DNA from: Asterias rubens
Lineage: Eukaryota
Reading direction: 5' to 3'
Assembly: GCF_902459465.1 (NCBI RefSeq)
Contig: NW_022985694.1
Location: 310,001-373,852, forward strand
Length of the DNA stretch: 63,852 bases
Position numbers and translations under genes: made by a program. The notes beneath the pieces are model-generated. The model did not search any database. It saw only the letters and a program-made list of their open reading frames with translations, and was not told the DNA's origin. This document shows positions 58,464 through 63,852 of the stretch, one piece after another (the stretch's first letter is position 1; each line of letters opens with the position of its first letter).

Positions 58464-61400
58464 AGATACGGGCAATTACAAAGCCAATGTGTTAAGTCTT
58501 CTAATAAGTTCAGCCCAATTGATTTAATAAGGGAAGAATTTACGAGTTTTTCTACTTTTTACGCTGTACATTATGCTATACACAAAGAACAAGCGTAAGA
58601 TACGGGCAATTACAAAGCCAAGAGTTCCATATTAATTGGACAATATTATTAATTTTTATTTCATAAATCTGTTCCTCATACCCCTGGCTATATAAGCCCG
58701 GCGCCCCAATGTGTTAAGTCTTCTAATTAGTTCAGCCCAATTAATTTAATAAGGGAAGAATTTACGAGTTTTTCTACTTTGTACGCTGTACATTATGCTA
58801 TACACAAAGAACAAGCGTAAGATATGGGCAATTACAAAGCCAAGAGTTCCATCTTAATTGGAAAATATTATTAATTTTTATTTCATGAATTTATTCCTCA
58901 TACCCCTGGCTATATCAGATTAGCGCCCCAGAGTGTTAAGTCTACTAATTAGCTCAGCCGAATTAATTTAATAAGGGAAGAACTTGCTAGTTGTTGTACT
59001 TTATACGCTGTTTATATGCTATGCAAATAACAAGCGTCTAGGTACGGGCATATACAAAGCCAAGAGTTCCATCTTAATAAGCAAAAATTACTAATTTTTA
59101 TTTCATAAATCTATTCCTCATACCTCTGGCTATATCAGATTAGCGCCCCAGAGTATTAAGTCTGCTAATTAGCTCAGCCCAACTAAATTAATCAGGGAAG
59201 ATTTTACGAATTTGTGTACTTTTACGCTATACTTATATAACAAGCGCGTAAGGTATGGGAAATTACAAAGCCAAGAGTTCCACCTTAATTGGAAAATATT
59301 ATTAATTTTTATTTCATAAATATGTTTCCCATACCCCTGGCTATATATGCCCAGCGCCCCAATGTGTTAAGTATGCTAATTAGTTCAGCCCAATTAATTT
59401 AATAAGGGAAGAATTTACGAGTTTTTCTACTTTTTACGCTGTTTATATGATATGCAAAGAACAAGTGTATAGGTACGGGCAATTACAAAGCCAAGAGTTC
59501 CATATTAATTGGACAATATTATTAATTTTTATTTCATAAATCTGTTCCTCATACCCCTGGCTATATAAGCCCGGCGCCCCAATGTGTTAAGTCTTCTAAT
59601 TAGTTCAGCCCAATTAATTTAATAAGGGAAGAATTTACGAGTTTTTCTACTTTTTACGCTGTACATTATGCTATACACAAAGAACAAGCGTAAGATATGG
59701 GCAATTACAAAGCCAAGAGTTCCATATTAATTGGAAAATATTATTAATTTTTATTTCATGAATCTGTTCCTCATACCCCTGGCTATATAAGCCCGGCGCC
59801 CCAATGTGTTAAGTCTTCTAATTAGTTCAGCCCAATTAATTTAATAAGGGAATGATTTACGAGTTTTTCTACTTTATACGCTGTACATTATGCTATACAC
59901 AAAGAACAAGCGTAAGGTATGGGCAATTACAAAGCCAAGAGTTCCATTTAATTGGAAAATATTATTAATTTTTATTTCATAAATCTGTTTCTCATACTCC
60001 TGGCTATATAATCCCAGCGCCCAAATGTGTTAAGTCTTCTAATTAGTTCAGCCCAATTAATTTAATAAGGGAAGAATTTACGAGTTTTTCTACTTTATAC
60101 GCTGTACATTATGCTCACACAAAGAACAAGCGTAAGGTATGGGCAATTACAAAGCCAAGAGTTCCATCTTAATTGGAAAATATTATTAATTTTTATTTCA
60201 TAAATCTATTACTCATACCCCTGGCTATATCAGACTAGCGCCCCAACTTGATAAGTCTGCTATTAGCTCAGCCCAATTAATTTAATAAGGGAAGAATTTA
60301 CTAGTTTTTGTACTGTATAGATACGCTGTATATACTTATAGATAACAAGCGCGTAAGTAATGAGCAATTACAAAGCCAAGAGTTCCATCTTAATTGGAAA
60401 ATATTATTAATTTTTATTTCATAAATCTGTTCCTCATACCCCTGGCTATATAAGCCCGGCGCCCCAATGTGTTAAGTCTTCTAATTAGTTCAGCCCAATT
60501 AATTTAATAAGGGAAGAATTAACGAGTTTTTCTCCTTTTTACGCTGTACATTATGCTATACACAAAGAACAAGCGTAAGATATGGGCAATTACAAAGCCA
60601 AGAGTTTCATCTTAATTGGAAAATATTACTAATTTTTATTTCATAAATCTGTTTCTCATACTCCTGGCTATATAATCCCAGCGCCCAAATGTGTTAAGTC
60701 TTCTAATTAGTTCAGCCCAATTAATTTAATAAGGGAAGAATTTACGAGTTTTTCTACTTTATACGCTGTACATTATGCTCACACAAAGAACAAGCGTAAG
60801 GTATGGGCAATTACAAAGCCAAGAGTTCCATCTTAATTGGAAAATATTATTAATTTTTATTTCATAAATCTATTACTCATACCCCTGGCTATATCAGACT
60901 AGCGCCCCAACTTGATAAGTCTGCTATTAGCTCAGCCCAATTAATTTAATAAGGAAAGAATTTACTAGTTTTTGTACTGTATAGATACGCTGTATATACT
61001 TATAGATAACAAGCGCGTAAGTAATGAGCAATTACAAAGCCAAGAGTTCCATCTTAATTGGAAAATATTATTAATTTTTATTTCATGAATCTGTTCCTCA
61101 TACCCCTGGCTATATAAGCCCGGCGCCCCAATGTGTTAAGTCTTCTAATCAGTTCAGCCCAATTAATTTAATAAGGGAAGAATTTACGAGTTTTTCTACT
61201 TTTTACGCTGTACATTATGCTATACACAAAGAACAAGCGTAAGGTATGGGCAATTACAAAGCCAAGAGTTCCATCTTAATTGGAAAATATTATTAATTTT
61301 TATTTCATAAATCTATTACTCATACCCCTGGCTATATCAGACTAGCGCCCCAACTTGATAAGTCTGCTAATTAGCTCAGCCCAATTAATTTAATAAGGGA

Positions 61401-63852
61401 AGAATTTACTAGTTTTTGTACTGTATAGATACGCTGTATATACTTATAGATAACAAGCGCGTAAGTAATGGGCAATTACAAAGCCAAGAGTTCCATCTTA
61501 ATTGGAAAATATTATTAAGTTTTATTTCATGAATCTGTTCCTCATACCCCTGGCTATATAAGCCCGGCGCCCCAATGTGTTAAGTCTTCTAACTAGTTCA
61601 GCCCAATTAATTTAATAAGGTAAGAATTTACGAGTTTTTCTACTTTTTACGCTGTACATTATGCTATACACAAAGAACAAGCGTAAGGTATGGGCAATTA
61701 CAAAGCCAAGAGTTCCATCTTAATTGGAAAATATTATTAATTTTTATTTCATAAATCTATTACTCATACCCCTGGCTATATCAGACTAGCGCCCCAACTT
61801 GATAAGTCTGCTAATTAGCTCAGCCCAATTAATTTAATAAGGGAAGAATTTACTAGTTTTTGTACTGTATAGATACGCTGTATATACTTATAGATAACAA
61901 GCGCGTAAGTAATGGGCAATTACAAAGCCAAGAGTTCCATCTTAATTGGAAAATATTATTAAGTTTTATTTCATGAATCTGTTCCTCATACCCCTGGCTA
62001 TATAAGCCCGGCGCCCCAATGTGTTAAGTCTTCTAACTAGTTCAGCCCAATTAATTTAATAAGGGAAGAATTTACGAGTTTTTCTACTTTTTACGCTGTA
62101 CATTATGCTATACACAAAGAACAAGCGTAAGGTATGGGCAATTACAAAGCCAAGAGTTCCATCTTACTTGGAAAATATTATTAATTTTTATTTCATAAAT
62201 CTATTACTCCTACCCTTGGCTATATCAGACTAGCGCCCCAACTTGATAAGTCTGCTAATTAGCTCAGCCCAATTAATTTAATAAGGGAAGAATTTACTAG
62301 TTTTTGTACTGTATAGATACGCTGTATATACTTATAGATAACAAGCGCGTAAGTAATGAGCAATTACAAAGCCAAGAGTTCCATTTAATTGGAAAATATT
62401 ATTAATTTTTATTTCATGAATCTGTTCCTCATACCCCTGGCTATATAAGCCCGGCGCCCCAATGTGTTAAGTCTTCTAATTAGTTCAGCCCAATTAATTT
62501 AATAAGGGAAGAATTTACGAGTTTTTCTACTTTTTACGCTGTACATTATGCTATACACAAAGAACAAGCGTAAGGTATGGGCAATTACAAAGCCAAGAGT
62601 TCCATCTTAATTGGAAAATATTATTAATTTTTATTTCATAAATCTGTTTCTCATACTCCTGGCTATATAAGCCCAGCGCCCCAATGTGTTAAGTCTGCTA
62701 ATTAGTTCAGCCCAATTAATTTAATAAGGGAAGAATTTACGAGTTTTTCTACTTTATACGCTGTACATTATGCTCACACAAAGAACAAGCGTAAGGTATG
62801 GGCAATTACAAAGCCAAGAGTTCCATCTTAATTGGAAAATATTATTAATTTTTGTTTCATAAATCTATTACTCATACCCCTGGCTATATCAGACTAGCGC
62901 CCCAACTTGATAAGTCTGCTAATTAGCTCAGCCCAATTTATTTAATAAGGGAAGAATTTACTAGTTTTTGTACTGTATAGATACGCTGTATATACTTATA
63001 GATAACAAGCACGTAAGTAATGGGCAATTACAAAGCCAAGAGTTACATCTTAATTGGAAAATATTATTAATTTTTATTTCATGAATCTGTTCCTCATACC
63101 CCTGGCTATGTAAGCCCGGCGCCCCAATGTGTTAAGTCTGCTAATTAGTTCAGCCCAATTAATTTAATAAGGGAAGAATTTACGAGTTTTCTACTTTTTA
63201 CGCTGTACATTATGCTATACACAAAGAACAAGCGTAAGATACGGGCAATTACAAAGCCAAGAGTTCCATCTTAATTGGAAAATATTATTAATTTTTATTT
63301 CATAAATCTGTTCCTCATACCCCTGGCTATATAAACCCGGCGCCCCAATGTGTTAAGTCTTCTAATTAGTTCAGCCCAATTAATTTAATAAGGGAAGAAT
63401 TTACGAGTTTTTCTACTTTTTACGCTGTACATTATGCTATACACAAAGAACAAGCGTAAGATACGGGCAATTACAAAGCCAAGAGTTCCATCTTAATTGG
63501 AAAATATTATTAATTTTTATTTCATAAATCTGTTCCTCATACCCCTGGCTATATAAGCCCGGCGCCCCAATGTGTTAAGTCTTCTAATTAGTTCAGCCCA
63601 ATTAATTTAATAAGGGAAGAATTAACGAGTTTTTCTACTTTTTACGCTGTACATTATGCTATACACAAAGAACAAGCGTAAGATATGGGCAATTACAAAG
63701 CCAAGAGTTTCATCTTAATTGGAAAATATTATTAATTTATATTTCATGAATCTGTTCCTCATACCCCTGGCTATATAAGCCCGGTGCCCCAATGTGTTAA
63801 GTCTTCTAATTAGTTCAGCCCAATTAATTTAATAAGGGAATGATTTACGAGT
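58464..63852 (+). repeat. ~220-bp satellite array (~24 monomers, runs off the window)
   Basis: The anchor CAATTACAAAGCCAAGAGTT recurs about every 220 bp; two monomer variants are distinguishable. Confidence 0.97.

Noticed and set aside
58464-63852. CRISPR-like regular repeats
   Set aside because: Whole ~220-bp units are repeated with no unique spacers, there are no cas genes, and the context is eukaryotic.

Overview
Eukaryotic, intron-containing, AT-rich DNA made almost entirely of nested transposable elements at the edge of a ~220-bp satellite array. I found no ordinary host gene. The small repeats look invertebrate-deuterostome-like, possibly sea star (inference only). Left third: a hAT element is inserted into a second hAT transposase gene, which is also split by an 8.0-kb PIF/Harbinger element (CAG TSD, frameshifted nuclease, intact 4-exon Myb/SANT gene). 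Next come a truncated P2RX7-ballast-like gene pair, an unclassified CxxH DDE transposase pseudogene with a Tudor-like tail, and a spliced Sola-like transposase pseudogene carrying an L2 fragment and a TAA-flanked MITE. Right two thirds: a 32.3-kb EnSpm/CACTA-type element (26156-58461, TA TSD) sits in the satellite. It carries an intact 809-aa transposase inside intron 1 of an intact 8-exon, 491-aa SAMD3-like gene that I reconstructed by hand. Three insertions lie in introns of that gene: an inverted 8.5-kb deletion derivative of the element itself (making 3.7-kb and 4.75-kb inverted repeats), a tRNA-derived SINE, and a young full-length Gypsy LTR retrotransposon. The Gypsy has a -1 frameshift signal and, in the env position, a third ORF encoding an SGNH/GDSL hydrolase with all catalytic motifs. 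Family names rest on motif recognition by eye; no database searches were run.
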